A stretch of 64,000 bases of DNA from an uncultured Lachnospiraceae bacterium (GCA_944383965.1 CALWRQ010000001.1:2364-66363); one strand, 5' to 3'. Shown: positions 10,407-20,958, counted from the first letter of the stretch. Made by a program: numbers and translations. Notes: generated from the sequence alone by a model not told the origin.

Positions 10407-11767
10407 TACTTTTCTCCTCCGTCCACTGTCACTTCCAATATCTGTTTTGTCTGTGCCGTTACTTTATAGTATTCACTGATCCGGTATCCGATTATCCAGA
10501 TCACATGATCCCCATCTGCCAGAACCGGGATCCGGTCCCGAAGCTGCCGCGGAATCTTTTCATCGATCATATATGCCTTAAGGGTTTTTTTCCCCCCTCC
10601 GGGAAGCAGAAAATAGTCTCCCGTGCGGCGGAACCTCAAAAACGGCACATCTTTCATTCTATCATAGTCAAACCATTTCGTATACTGGTTTTTGGGAATT
10701 TCCATGCCTTTTTCCAGGGGAAATAAGGAAAAGCGAAGATCAGGAAGCTGTTTTTCCTTTTCTTCCGGTCCTGGACCTGTAAAAAAGCCTTCATAACCGT
10801 TCCAGGCTCTCCATCCTCCCGGCAGATCAATCCTCTTTCCCGTCTGTCCTCCCGCCAGAGCCGCCGCTGCATTCACATGAACGGCACCCAGATTCCGCAT
10901 GGGACAACCGGACATTCTGAGCATCCTGCGGATCACATAGGTACGCAGAATATCCGGCTCCCCGTTCAGCACCTCCGGAGAAATTCCCACAGCATTGCCG
11001 TTCCGGAAGCAGTTGTGCTCACACAGCTCTTCCGCCTGCCTCTCCAGATATTCCTCCGCCTGAGCGATCAGTCCTCCCGCCCTCACAATATTCGCTGCCG
11101 CCTCTCCATTGATCTCCTCCGCCAGAGGCAGGATCTTTAAACGGATCCTGTTTCTGGCATAATGATCCTCATGATTTGTGGAATCTTCACACCAGGGATA
11201 TCCGTTCTCTTTCATCCATTTTTCGATGTTTTCCCGGTCCGTCCGGATCAGCGGCCGGATCACTCCGTCCGATACAGGCGCAATCCCTCTCAGCCCCTTC
11301 AGGCCGCTGCCCCGGAACAGGTTGTAGAGTACGGTTTCCGCGCTGTCATCCCGATGATGGGCCGTAGCCGCCATGCACTCCGGGGCTCCCTTTCCTCTTT
11401 CCTTTTTTCTCTGCTCCAGAATAGCATGCAGTTCTCTGTAGCGGAGAAGTCTGCCTGCCTCCTCTTCCGAGACTCCGTTTTCCCGGCTGTAAGTCCGCAC
11501 ATCTCTCTTCACCACCGTAAGAGGAATCTCCAGTTCTCTGCACAGCTCCCGGGTAAACTGCTCATCCCGGTCAGCCTCTGCCCCCCGCAGACAGTGATTC
11601 ATGTGAAACGCTTCCAGCGTAAAGGTTTCCGGTCCTGACAGGCGCTTCAGCACGCGCAAAAGGCAGGCCGAATCCGCGCCGCCCGATACGGCTGCCACGA
11701 TATGCCCGCCTTTTTCCGTCATATGATATATCTTCATGGTATCCTGCACCAGCTTTTCCAGCTCCAT
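10406..11767 (-). CDS. tilS: tRNA(Ile)-lysidine synthetase
   Basis: AVSGGADS PP-loop; tilS-hpt-ftsH synteny. Confidence 0.93.
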   Translation of the reverse strand: MELEKLVQDTMKIYHMTEKGGHIVAAVSGGADSACLLRVLKRLSGPETFTLEAFHMNHCLRGAEADRDEQFTRELCRELEIPLTVVKRDVRTYSRENGVSEEEAGRLLRYRELHAILEQRKKERGKGAPECMAATAHHRDDSAETVLYNLFRGSGLKGLRGIAPVSDGVIRPLIRTDRENIEKWMKENGYPWCEDSTNHEDHYARNRIRLKILPLAEEINGEAAANIVRAGGLIAQAEEYLERQAEELCEHNCFRNGNAVGISPEVLNGEPDILRTYVIRRMLRMSGCPMRNLGAVHVNAAAALAGGQTGKRIDLPGGWRAWNGYEGFFTGPGPEEKEKQLPDLRFSLFPLEKGMEIPKNQYTKWFDYDRMKDVPFLRFRRTGDYFLLPGGGKKTLKAYMIDEKIPRQLRDRIPVLADGDHVIWIIGYRISEYYKVTAQTKQILEVTVDGGEK

Positions 11768-11843
11768 CTGTCCGGATGCCTCCTTTTCCTTCTGTCTTCT
11801 TAACTATACATGGATTCCCGGACAGTTGCAATATGATTTTCCC

Positions 11844-13253
11844 TCACCGTTTCCACACTCTGGCAGCCAGAACCGTCATATCATCCCTGGGCTCTCCCTC
11901 AAAAGATCCGGCAAAAGCCAGCACCGCTTCCGCCAGTTCCTGAGGCTGGGTATATTCCGCTCCCTCCAGATATTCTTTCAGGATTTCTTCCTTTTCCTCT
12001 CCCGGAAGGGCATCCAGAATCCCGTCGCTCACCATGACGATCCAGCTCTCATCCCACAGTTTTTTGGACAGAAGCGCAGGTTCCGCATCCCTCATCACAC
12101 CGGCGGGCAGTTCTCCTGCCTCCAGAAGCTCAACCCCGTTTTCTCCGCGCACAAAGGTAGGCGCCGCTCCCATTTTCATCATTTCCAGCACTCCCGTATA
12201 CAGATCCAGGCAGGCCAGATCCAGAGTAGCAGGATGCTCCTCTCTTCCGGACAGAAGCAATACGGTATTTACCATTTTCAGAGCCGCCCGGGCGGAAAAT
12301 CCCGTTTCCAGAAGCTCCCGCACAAGTTCCACTGCACGGCTGCTTTCTCCGGACGCCGCCGCTCCGCTTCCCATCCCGTCCGACAGGCCGGCCACTGCCT
12401 GCCCCGGCAGCGCTGTATGAAAAATGTAACTGTCCCCGGACACCTCTTCCCCTTCCCTGGGTATCCCGGCAGCGCCGTAAATCATCCGGTATTTCCCTTC
12501 CTCCACAAACCGGTATCCGGCCTCCGCGCCTGTGATCACGCTTCTCCCTTCCCGGGAAGGCACCCAGGTTCCTCCCAGCGCCTGTCCCACTGCCTTTCCT
12601 GCATCCTTTGCAGTCATGCAGCCGCTGCCTGCCATGCGAAGGGATGCATATACCTCCCGCTTTCCGTTTTCATATTCCAGGATCAGAAGCCTGGAAAGCC
12701 GGATCCGTTTGAGGCGAAACGTCCATCTGAGCAGTCTCTCCCCCGACGGCGTCACATCCTCCGCCTCTTCCATCTGCCTGGCGAATTCCTCCAGGATCAC
12801 CGCCAGTTCCCGAAACTGGACGATCACCGTATCCCTGCTTTCCAGGAACCGGTTCTTCCAGGCCAGATTCATGGTAGCACGTCCCAGGCTCCGGTTGATC
12901 TGTTCTATGTACTCTCTTTTCTGTCCGCAGGATTCCAGAAAAAGCTGAGGCATATCCTCCGGCTCTATCCGCCCTTTCTGTTCAAAGGCACGGAGAAGAT
13001 AGTAAAGAAAATAATTGTCTTCCCTCATGCTGTCGCTGAAAATCGTACAGCGGCTACAGCTGCCGCACACCAGATCAGCAGCGTTTTTGACTGCTGTCAG
13101 TCCGTCCTCTCTGGAAAGTGTTTTCCCCCCTCTGTCCCCGTCCGTACAGGATCTGGCCAGGGAGCTTAGGGACATGGCCATTTCATTCAGCCTTCTGGCT
13201 GTATACCCGTTCAGTTCCGCCGTCCCCCGGCGGACCGGCTTGCGTTTCAACAC
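11844..13253 (-). CDS. spoIIE: SpoIIE-family PP2C phosphatase without the N-terminal membrane domain
   Basis: SGDSY, SDGMGSG, SDG and DDMT PP2C motifs; located between divIC and tilS; GTG start after GAGGAGG. Confidence 0.8.
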   Translation of the reverse strand: MLKRKPVRRGTAELNGYTARRLNEMAMSLSSLARSCTDGDRGGKTLSREDGLTAVKNAADLVCGSCSRCTIFSDSMREDNYFLYYLLRAFEQKGRIEPEDMPQLFLESCGQKREYIEQINRSLGRATMNLAWKNRFLESRDTVIVQFRELAVILEEFARQMEEAEDVTPSGERLLRWTFRLKRIRLSRLLILEYENGKREVYASLRMAGSGCMTAKDAGKAVGQALGGTWVPSREGRSVITGAEAGYRFVEEGKYRMIYGAAGIPREGEEVSGDSYIFHTALPGQAVAGLSDGMGSGAAASGESSRAVELVRELLETGFSARAALKMVNTVLLLSGREEHPATLDLACLDLYTGVLEMMKMGAAPTFVRGENGVELLEAGELPAGVMRDAEPALLSKKLWDESWIVMVSDGILDALPGEEKEEILKEYLEGAEYTQPQELAEAVLAFAGSFEGEPRDDMTVLAARVWKR

Positions 13254-13308
13254 AAAAATCCCTCCTCATCCGCATAAATCCTATTATATGCAGATGGGAG
13301 GGAAATAT

Positions 13309-13629
13309 TCACCGCTCCGACGGCTTTAAGAGGATCTCGTCCGGATTCACCAGACCCAGCTTCTCTTTCGCCACCTTTTCAATATACTGTTTTGTCTGTA
13401 CATAGACCCGTTCTTCCTCCAGCTGCTCCGCCCGGCGCTCTTCTTCCGCCAGCTGAGCTTCCAGACGGGTTTCCTTCATCCGGTATTCCGCGTCCTTCTC
13501 CCGCAGAGTGCCTCCCCGGATCCCGACTACCACAGCCAGACTTCCTACAACCAGCGTGAGTCCGAGCATGGCCATACGGTTGCTCAAATGTTCCTGTTTA
13601 TGTCTTTTTGACCTTGATCCTCTGCTCAT
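13309..13629 (-). CDS. divIC: Septum formation initiator, DivIC/FtsB family
   Basis: Single TM, coiled coil, YIEKVAKEKLGLV..E motif. Confidence 0.85.
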   Translation of the reverse strand: MSRGSRSKRHKQEHLSNRMAMLGLTLVVGSLAVVVGIRGGTLREKDAEYRMKETRLEAQLAEEERRAEQLEEERVYVQTKQYIEKVAKEKLGLVNPDEILLKPSER

Positions 13630-13980
13630 CTACTCACCAGCTTTTTTTCGTTTCTTGCTCTTCATTTTAATCCATTTCCTGGCTTTTTGCAATACCCCCA
13701 TAACCCTCCGGCTCAGAATTCTGTCCCACAGGATCATTCCGGCCCCTACGGCGGCGATCATATACATCCGGACCGTTCCGCCGCTGCCCCGGTAGATCAG
13801 CCGGAACACCGAAACGGAAGAATACAGCCAGTAAATAAGGTCTTCCGCTCCCACTGCCGCGGAACAGTGAGGAACAAAAATACGCAGGATACGGAGCATA
13901 TCGTAAACAGCCATCAGCCGCAGGCCGGCGGTGAAGCCGGCTCCCGTCATCACAAGCTCCTCCAGAATCTGCCGGTCCAT
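13630..13980 (-). CDS. yabQ: Spore cortex biosynthesis protein YabQ
   Basis: YDMLR..R and EDLIYW motifs; follows yabP. Confidence 0.8.
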   Translation of the reverse strand: MDRQILEELVMTGAGFTAGLRLMAVYDMLRILRIFVPHCSAAVGAEDLIYWLYSSVSVFRLIYRGSGGTVRMYMIAAVGAGMILWDRILSRRVMGVLQKARKWIKMKSKKRKKAGE

Positions 13981-13991
13981 GTCCGGGCCCT

Positions 13992-14273
13992 CTATTTAAA
14001 CAGTCTGGCAAACAGCGATTCCCCAGACCGTCGGTACGCTTCATTGGAAGAATAGACCATGCTGTCTATGGTTCCGTCTATATCCGTTTCCCCCTTCTCC
14101 AGGCTCAGGCGATTCACATGCAGTCCTTTGCCCTTGATGGTGAGAAGTCCCATATCCGTGTCCAGCACAATCTGATTCTCATCGAAAGAGACCACCTCCT
14201 GAATGCCCGTAACCGTGCCTGAAGAACGGTTTTCCAGTACCACTTTGTGGACTCTTGCCCTGATTTCATCCAT
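13992..14273 (-). CDS. yabP: Sporulation protein YabP
   Basis: HKVVLENR, VVSFDE and GLLTIKG motifs. Confidence 0.9.
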   Translation of the reverse strand: MDEIRARVHKVVLENRSSGTVTGIQEVVSFDENQIVLDTDMGLLTIKGKGLHVNRLSLEKGETDIDGTIDSMVYSSNEAYRRSGESLFARLFK

Positions 14274-14309
14274 TAAAAAACCTCCTCACACATCGAAACT
14301 CCTGGTTTC

Positions 14310-14339
14310 AATGTATGGGGAGGCTGTCACTTTTATGAC
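14310..14339 (-). promoter_or_regulatory. Sigma-E-type promoter for yabPQ
   Basis: TCATAAA...CATACATT; yabPQ is sigma-E dependent in B. subtilis. Confidence 0.6.
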
Positions 14340-14579
14340 TTACAGATAACGGTAAAGCTCCTTGGCCTCATCCTTCTTCACAGTCTCCTGTACATCCAGT
14401 ACCTCAACCTTCACGGACTTGGTCCCAAACTGTATTTCAATAATATCGCCGTTTTTCACGTCGTAGGATGCTTTCGCCGCTTTGTCATTGACCAGAACGC
14501 GGCCTGCGTCACAGGCTTCGTTGGCCACGGTACGCCGCTTGATCAGGCGGGATACCTTAAGAAATTTATCTAATCTCAT
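14340..14579 (-). CDS. yabO: S4-domain RNA-binding protein (YabO/RqcP family)
   Basis: MRLDKFLKVSRLIKRRT. Confidence 0.9.
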   Translation of the reverse strand: MRLDKFLKVSRLIKRRTVANEACDAGRVLVNDKAAKASYDVKNGDIIEIQFGTKSVKVEVLDVQETVKKDEAKELYRYL

Positions 14580-14582
14580 AAT

Positions 14583-14858
14583 TTATGCGTTTACCATATC
14601 CTTTAACGCCTTGCCTGCTTTGAACTTGGGAGTCTTGGAAGCTTCGATCTTCATGGGCTCGCCGCTCTTCGGATTTCTTCCCTCTCTGGCTGCTCTCTCG
14701 GAAACCTCAAAGGTACCGAAGCCTACTAACTGTACCTTCTCGCCCTTTACCAGCTCCTCTGCAACTGCTTCTGTAAATGCCTTTAACGCTTTCTCCGCAT
14801 CCTTCTTAGAAATTTCTGCCTTCTCTGCGATTGCTGCGATTAATTCTGTCTTATTCAT
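14583..14858 (-). CDS. hup: DNA-binding protein HU
   Basis: MNKTELI...GFGTF...GRNP. Confidence 0.97.
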   Translation of the reverse strand: MNKTELIAAIAEKAEISKKDAEKALKAFTEAVAEELVKGEKVQLVGFGTFEVSERAAREGRNPKSGEPMKIEASKTPKFKAGKALKDMVNA

Positions 14859-14922
14859 TCTATTTTCCTCCTAATGATTCATCCGTAGCAAGCAAACCAC
14901 TACTGATTTCATAAATAATACG

Positions 14923-15318
14923 TCACCTATGTTTATATCTGTTTTTCCTTAGTTTGTCAAGGTTTTTTAGCTCTTCCCAGGTGGGTGTTTCTTCCTCTCC
15001 CGGAGTGCCTTTCCGGTCTCCGAAAACGTGAGGATGACGGAAGATCATTTTGTCACAGATGCCGTGGATCACATCGTCAATGGTAAAATTTCTCTCCTCT
15101 TCCGCAATCCGGCTGTGCAGCATAACCTGGAACAGCAGGTCCCCCAGTTCCTCGCACAGATTCTCCTGATCACCGCTGTCTATGGCATCCAGCACCTCTC
15201 CGCACTCTTCCTTCAGACAGCCCTTCAGACTTTCATGGGTCTGAGCCCTGTCCCAGGAACATCCGTCCTCCGACCGGAGTCTGGCCGTAATATCCACAAG
15301 ATCCTGAAATGTATACAT
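14923..15318 (-). CDS. mazG: MazG nucleotide pyrophosphohydrolase, single-domain form
   Basis: GCSWD..QT, EELGDLL and RHPHVF motifs. Confidence 0.85.
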   Translation of the reverse strand: MYTFQDLVDITARLRSEDGCSWDRAQTHESLKGCLKEECGEVLDAIDSGDQENLCEELGDLLFQVMLHSRIAEEERNFTIDDVIHGICDKMIFRHPHVFGDRKGTPGEEETPTWEELKNLDKLRKNRYKHR

Positions 15319-15407
15319 TGTTTTCCCCCGTTCTGTTCTGAATCGTGCCGGAGCTCTCCTGTTTCCGGCAAAGCAAAAAACGGAGCCGAAGCTCCGGATT
15401 CTGCTTT

Positions 15408-16541
15408 TTATGAAAGGCGGGACCGGAAGTCCTCATATCCGAAGGCCTTCACCAGTCTCTCCTCCCCGTCCTCATCCTTCCAGACTATGGAAGGAAGGGC
15501 CATTCCGTTGAACGTATTTGTCTTCACCATCGTATAAAGCGCCATATCTTCAAAAATGATCCGGTCTCCCGGCTCCAGCGGCCGGTCAAATGAATAGTCG
15601 CCGATCACATCGCCCGCCAGGCAGGTCGGTCCGGCCAGACGCCAGAGAAAGGGCTTTTCTCCCGGCTCGCCGGCATCCCGGACAGGAGGACGGTAGGGCA
15701 TCTCCAGCACATCCGGCATATGGCAGGCAGCCGATGTATCCAGAATGGCAATCTCCATCCCGTTGGAAACCGTATCCAGGACAGAAGATACAAGGAATCC
15801 TGCATTCAGCACCACCGCCTCTCCCGGCTCCAGATAGACTTCTACCTGATACGTTTCTTTCAGGCGGCGGACGATGGAGATCAGCAGTTCCACATCATAA
15901 TCCTTCCTTGTGATGTGATGGCCTCCCCCCAGGTTCAGCCACTTGAGCCCATACAGATAGGGACCGAACTTCTCTTCCACCGCTTTGACCGTAGTCTCCA
16001 GCGCATCGGCATTCTGCTCGCAGAGCGTATGAAAATGAAGTCCGTCCAGCAAGGGAAGAATCCCGTCGTCAAAGTTGTCCAGCGTGGTTCCCAGACGGGA
16101 TCCGGGCGCACAGGGATCGTAGATGGCATGGCCTTCCTGAGTGGAACATTCCGGATTGATCCGCAGTCCCACGGATTTCCCCGCTTCCTTTGCTCTCCTT
16201 CCGAATCTTCTCACCTGGTTGGGGGAATTGAATACAATGTCATCTGCATACCGCAGGATCTGTTCAAACTCATCCTCCCGGTAGGCGGGGGAGAACACAT
16301 GAGTCTCCCCGCCGAATTCCTCATGCCCCAGTCTGGCCTCATAAAGGCCGCTGGCCGTAGATCCCGCCAGATATTTCCGGAGCAAAGGATAGGCATAAAA
16401 CATGGAAAAGGCTTTCTGAGCCAGCAGGATCCTGCATCCTGACCGCTCCTGCACATCCTTCAATATCTCCAGATTTTTCTTTAACAGTCCCTCATCCACC
16501 AGAAAATAAGGGGTGGAAACTCTGTTTTTCCCGCTGTTCAT
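15408..16541 (-). CDS. nspC: Carboxy(nor)spermidine decarboxylase
   Basis: LAQKAFS, GLHFHTLCEQ, CHMPDVLEMPY and GPTCLAGD motifs. Confidence 0.92.
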   Translation of the reverse strand: MNSGKNRVSTPYFLVDEGLLKKNLEILKDVQERSGCRILLAQKAFSMFYAYPLLRKYLAGSTASGLYEARLGHEEFGGETHVFSPAYREDEFEQILRYADDIVFNSPNQVRRFGRRAKEAGKSVGLRINPECSTQEGHAIYDPCAPGSRLGTTLDNFDDGILPLLDGLHFHTLCEQNADALETTVKAVEEKFGPYLYGLKWLNLGGGHHITRKDYDVELLISIVRRLKETYQVEVYLEPGEAVVLNAGFLVSSVLDTVSNGMEIAILDTSAACHMPDVLEMPYRPPVRDAGEPGEKPFLWRLAGPTCLAGDVIGDYSFDRPLEPGDRIIFEDMALYTMVKTNTFNGMALPSIVWKDEDGEERLVKAFGYEDFRSRLS

Positions 16542-17743
16542 CAGTCCACCAGAACCGGATCCCGGTCCTCCTGCCAGGGAAGTCCCCATTTGTTCAGAGC
16601 ATCCATAAAGGGATCGGGGTCAAACTCTTCCACATTGTGAACGCCGGGAGTGTTCCATTTTCCGGTAATCACCATCATGGCGCCGATCATGGCCGGAACG
16701 CCGGTGGTGTATGCTACGGCCTGGGAGCCCACCTCCTTATAGCACTCCTGATGATCGCAGATATTATAAAGATAGTAGTTCTTTTCCTTTCCGTCCTTCT
16801 TTCCCCGGAAAATGCAGCCGATGTTGGTCTTTCCCTTGGTACGGGGGCCAAGGCTTGCCGGATCAGGCAGAACTGCCTTTAAGAACTGCAGCGGAATGAT
16901 CTCCTTTCCTTCATACATAATGGGCTCGATGGATGTCATGCCCACGTTCTCCAGGCACTTCAAATGGGTCAGGTAGCTCTGGCCGAAAGTCATAAAGAAC
17001 CGGATCCTTTTGATTCCGGGAATATTGAGCGCCAGAGACTCCAGCTCCTCATGGTGAAGCAGGTACATATCCTTTTCTCCCACTTCTTTAAAATCATAGA
17101 CTCTCTTGATTTCCATGGGCTTGGTTTCTACCCAGTGACCGTCCTCCCAGTAGGAACCGTTGGCGGAAACCTCACGGATATTGATCTCCGGATTAAAGTT
17201 AGTAGCGAACGGATAACCGTGATCGCCGCCGTTGCAGTCCAGGATATCGATGTAGTTGATCTCGTCGAATTCGTGCTTTAAGGCATAGGCGGAGAATACC
17301 CCCGTCACGCCCGGGTCAAAACCGCTGCCCAGCACAGCAGTGATCCCCGCCTGCTCAAACCGCTCTCTGTAAGCCCACTGCCAGCTGTACTCAAACTTCG
17401 CCGTATCCTCCGGCTCATAGTTGGCCGTATCCACATAATGAGTCTTTGTAGCCAGGCAGGCATCCATAATGGTCAGGTCCTGATAAGGCAGCGCCAGATT
17501 CAGCACCACGTCCGGCTTTACCTCTTCAATGAGCTTTACCAGCTGCTCCACACTGTTGGCATCCACCTGAGCCGTCGTGATCTTGGTTTTTGTCGTTCCC
17601 TCCAGCTTTTCCTTAAGAGCATCACATTTGGATTTCGTTCTGCTGGCAATGCAGATCTCCTCAAATACTTCGCTGTTCTGACAGCACTTGTGAATCGCTA
17701 CGGAAGCCACTCCGCCGCATCCGATAATTAACGCTTTTCCCAT
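16541..17743 (-). CDS. Carboxy(nor)spermidine dehydrogenase (saccharopine dehydrogenase family)
   Basis: GCGGVA, ALPYQDL, GFDPG and FATNFNPEINIRE motifs; adjacent to nspC. Confidence 0.9.
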   Translation of the reverse strand: MGKALIIGCGGVASVAIHKCCQNSEVFEEICIASRTKSKCDALKEKLEGTTKTKITTAQVDANSVEQLVKLIEEVKPDVVLNLALPYQDLTIMDACLATKTHYVDTANYEPEDTAKFEYSWQWAYRERFEQAGITAVLGSGFDPGVTGVFSAYALKHEFDEINYIDILDCNGGDHGYPFATNFNPEINIREVSANGSYWEDGHWVETKPMEIKRVYDFKEVGEKDMYLLHHEELESLALNIPGIKRIRFFMTFGQSYLTHLKCLENVGMTSIEPIMYEGKEIIPLQFLKAVLPDPASLGPRTKGKTNIGCIFRGKKDGKEKNYYLYNICDHQECYKEVGSQAVAYTTGVPAMIGAMMVITGKWNTPGVHNVEEFDPDPFMDALNKWGLPWQEDRDPVLVD

Positions 17744-17773
17744 TGTTTTTTCCTCCTCTTTATCTGATTCTTC

Positions 17774-18637
17774 TTACCCTCTGTCTGAACCCAGCGCCAG
17801 CAGCATTTCCCTGACAATTTTTCCGGCCGCCATGGCGGAAATTCCGCTTGGGTCATAGTGGGGACTCAGTTCATTCACATCACAGGCCTTTATGTCTGCC
17901 CGGCTGCACACCATGGTCACTGCTTTTCTCAGCTGGTCAAAGGTCACTCCGCCCGGTTCCGGCGTTCCTGTCCCAGGAAACACGGAAGGATCCAGCACAT
18001 CCAGATCCAGGGTGAAGTACACCGGCTTTCCCTTCAGCTGTTCCAGCACATTTTCAAGGCCCTCAAAATCAAATTTTCTGGTGATCACATGACCACGGCC
18101 CCATTCAAATTCCTTCCGGTCTCCGGAGCGGATTCCAAACTGGAAGATCTTTCCGTCTCCTGTCAGCTCCCAGCAGCGGCGCAGCACGCAGGCGTGGGAC
18201 AGAGGCATGCCCAGATAATCCTCTCTTAAATCGGCGTGGGCGTCAAAATGGATCACATGAAGATCAGGATATTGTTTCACAGCCGCCCGGAAGGCGCCCA
18301 GAGTCACCAGATGCTCGCCTCCCAGCATAAACGGACGCTTTCCTGCCTCCAGAATCTCACTGGCACACTCTTCGATCTGCTCCAGCACTCTGGCCGTATC
18401 TCCGATGCACAGTTCCAGATCCCCGATATCCGCAGCCTTCACCTGGCTCAGATCCCGGTCCTGATAAGGACTGTAATCTTCCAGCCCGAAGGACTCATGG
18501 CGGATGGCAGAGCTGCCGAACCGGGTTCCGGGCCGGTAGGAGGTGGTGGAATCAAAGGGCGCTCCGAACAGAATGGTATCCGCCTCCTCCGGCTCCCAGT
18601 CACATCCTATAAACGTTTCTACATTCTTACTCAACAT
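17774..18637 (-). CDS. speB: Agmatinase (ureohydrolase)
   Basis: GGEH, DAHAD and DLDVLDP Mn ligands; GTGTPEPGG. Confidence 0.9.
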   Translation of the reverse strand: MLSKNVETFIGCDWEPEEADTILFGAPFDSTTSYRPGTRFGSSAIRHESFGLEDYSPYQDRDLSQVKAADIGDLELCIGDTARVLEQIEECASEILEAGKRPFMLGGEHLVTLGAFRAAVKQYPDLHVIHFDAHADLREDYLGMPLSHACVLRRCWELTGDGKIFQFGIRSGDRKEFEWGRGHVITRKFDFEGLENVLEQLKGKPVYFTLDLDVLDPSVFPGTGTPEPGGVTFDQLRKAVTMVCSRADIKACDVNELSPHYDPSGISAMAAGKIVREMLLALGSDRG

Positions 18638-19478
18638 CTTCCAGCATCTCCTCTACGTATGCGGGCAGGTAAAATGCCCCTTTATGCAGTGTGGTCGTAT
18701 AATAACGGCACTTTAACCCCCTCATGTTCCATCTGGTTTCGTCCAGATTCTTCAGGGGATGATATTTCTTTGAAGCAAATCCGAACAGCCAGTGGCCGGA
18801 CGGATAGGTGGGAATGTGGGCCTGGTACACACGGCTGATGGGGAAGGATTCCACCACCCGCTTGTGAGCCCGCTGACAGGCCAGAGCATCCTCCGCATAA
18901 AACGGACTCTCATGCTGATTCACCATGATCCCGTCCTCCTTCAGCGCCTTGAAGCAGCTGCCGTAAAACTCCTTGGTAAACAGCCCCTCTCCCGGTCCGA
19001 AAGGATCGGTGGAATCCACGATGATCAGATCATAGCAATCCTCACAGGAACGGATGAATTTCAGACCGTCCTCATAATGAATATCCACTCTGGGATCATC
19101 CAGGCGGCAGGCCGTCTGGGGCAGATATTTCTTGCAGACCTCCACCACCAGCTCATCGATTTCCACCATATCGATATGCTCGATATCATGATAGCGGGTC
19201 AGTTCCCGGATCACGCCTCCGTCTCCCGCTCCGATTACCAGCACGTTCTTTACCCTGGGATGAACCGCCATGGGCACATGGGTGATCATCTCATGATAGA
19301 TAAACTCATCCTTTTCCGTCAGCATCATATATCCGTCCAGAGTCAGGAAACGTCCGAACTCCGGGGAATCGAACACGTCGATCCTCTGAAATTCACTTTT
19401 CCCGCTGTAGAGCTGCCGGTCCACACGGATAGACAGCTTCACATTCGGGGTCTGTTCCTCAGAAAACCAAAATTCCAT
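18627..19478 (-). CDS. speE: Polyamine aminopropyltransferase (spermidine synthase)
   Basis: DEFIYHE, GAGDGG and DSTDP motifs. Confidence 0.93.
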   Translation of the reverse strand: MEFWFSEEQTPNVKLSIRVDRQLYSGKSEFQRIDVFDSPEFGRFLTLDGYMMLTEKDEFIYHEMITHVPMAVHPRVKNVLVIGAGDGGVIRELTRYHDIEHIDMVEIDELVVEVCKKYLPQTACRLDDPRVDIHYEDGLKFIRSCEDCYDLIIVDSTDPFGPGEGLFTKEFYGSCFKALKEDGIMVNQHESPFYAEDALACQRAHKRVVESFPISRVYQAHIPTYPSGHWLFGFASKKYHPLKNLDETRWNMRGLKCRYYTTTLHKGAFYLPAYVEEMLEDVE

Positions 19479-19498
19479 AGAGCACCTCCTGCAATCAT

Positions 19499-20947
19499 TT
19501 ATTTCAGCACATTCAGCCTTTCAATAGCCGCGTCCTCCGGACCGGTCATGGAGCAGCCTTTCTCTTTCGCATACTGTATGTAATTCAGAATATCTTTCGT
19601 GATCCGTTCTCCCGGAGCCAGGATCGGGATCCCCGGAGGATAGCACATCACGAACTCACTGCAGATCCGGCCGTCCGTTTCCATGATCGGAAGGGATTCC
19701 TTATCCGCATAAAACGCCTCCTGCGGCGATACCGCCACCTCCGGATCGATGTATTCCTGCTTCATCATTCCCGCCGGATCCCGTTCATACCGGCGGCGGA
19801 TCTCCGCCAGTGCGCTCACCAGCCGCTCCACCTCTCTTGGCCGGTCACCGATGGACAGGTAAGCCAGAATATTGCCCAGATCTCCGAATTCGATCTGAAT
19901 ATCGTATTCATCCCGAAGCAGGTCATAGACTTCGATCCCCGCCAACCCTACGTCCAGAGTGTTCACGGACAGCTTTGTTTCATCAAAATCATATACGCTG
20001 TCTCCGTTGATCAGTTCCCTGGAATAGGCATAGTAGCCGCCGATATCATTGATCTCCCGTCTGGCATATCGGGCCAGCTCTGCTACCCGCTTAAACGCCT
20101 CTTCTCCCCGGAGCGCCAGATTTCTTCTGGAAATATCCAGGCTGGACAGAAGGAGATAGGAACCGCTGGTGGTCTGCGTCAGGTTGATGATCTGCCGCAC
20201 ATGACCCTCCTGCATGGCGGGTCCTGTCAGCAGAAGGGAGCTCTGCGTCAGACTGCCTCCTGACTTGTGCATGGACACCGCTGCCATATCCGCTCCCGCC
20301 GCCATGGCGGAAACCGGCAGTTCCTCACTGAAATAGAAATGGGTTCCGTGGGCCTCATCCGCCAGGCAAAGCATCCCGTTGCTGTGAGCAATCTCCACAA
20401 TGGCCTTCAGATCGGAACAGATTCCGTAATAAGTGGGATTGTTCACCAGAATGGCTTTGGCATCCGGATTTTCCCTCACTGCCTGTCTGACCGCCTCCAC
20501 GCTCATTCCCAGCGGGATTCCCAGCCGGTCGTCACACTCCGGATTCACATATACGGGAACCGCTCCGCACAGGACCATGGCTCCCATCACGCTCCGGTGC
20601 ACATTTCTGGGCAGGATGATCTTTTCCCCTCTCTTGGCCACAGACAGAACCATGCTCTGCACCGCGGATGTGGTTCCTCCCACCATCAGAAAGGCGTGAG
20701 CCGCTCCAAATGCCCTGGCCGCCAGAATCTCCGCATCACGGATCACGGAAATGGGATGACAGAGGTTGTCCAGAGGCTTCATGGAATTCACATCCATAGA
20801 CACGCATTTTTCTCCCAGAAGTCTGGCCAGCTCCGGATTTCCCCTTCCTCTCTTGTGACCCGGCACGTCAAAGGGAACCACTCTCATTTTTCCAAATCGC
20901 TCCAGCGCCTCATAGATCGGCGCTCTCTCCTGATCCAACCATTCCAT
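19499..20947 (-). CDS. speA: Arginine decarboxylase (Orn/Lys/Arg decarboxylase, AAT fold)
   Basis: VPGHK, DEAHG, SMHK (PLP lysine) and YPPGIP motifs; operon context. Confidence 0.85.
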   Translation of the reverse strand: MEWLDQERAPIYEALERFGKMRVVPFDVPGHKRGRGNPELARLLGEKCVSMDVNSMKPLDNLCHPISVIRDAEILAARAFGAAHAFLMVGGTTSAVQSMVLSVAKRGEKIILPRNVHRSVMGAMVLCGAVPVYVNPECDDRLGIPLGMSVEAVRQAVRENPDAKAILVNNPTYYGICSDLKAIVEIAHSNGMLCLADEAHGTHFYFSEELPVSAMAAGADMAAVSMHKSGGSLTQSSLLLTGPAMQEGHVRQIINLTQTTSGSYLLLSSLDISRRNLALRGEEAFKRVAELARYARREINDIGGYYAYSRELINGDSVYDFDETKLSVNTLDVGLAGIEVYDLLRDEYDIQIEFGDLGNILAYLSIGDRPREVERLVSALAEIRRRYERDPAGMMKQEYIDPEVAVSPQEAFYADKESLPIMETDGRICSEFVMCYPPGIPILAPGERITKDILNYIQYAKEKGCSMTGPEDAAIERLNVLK

Positions 20948-20958
20948 CGCCTTTCCTC

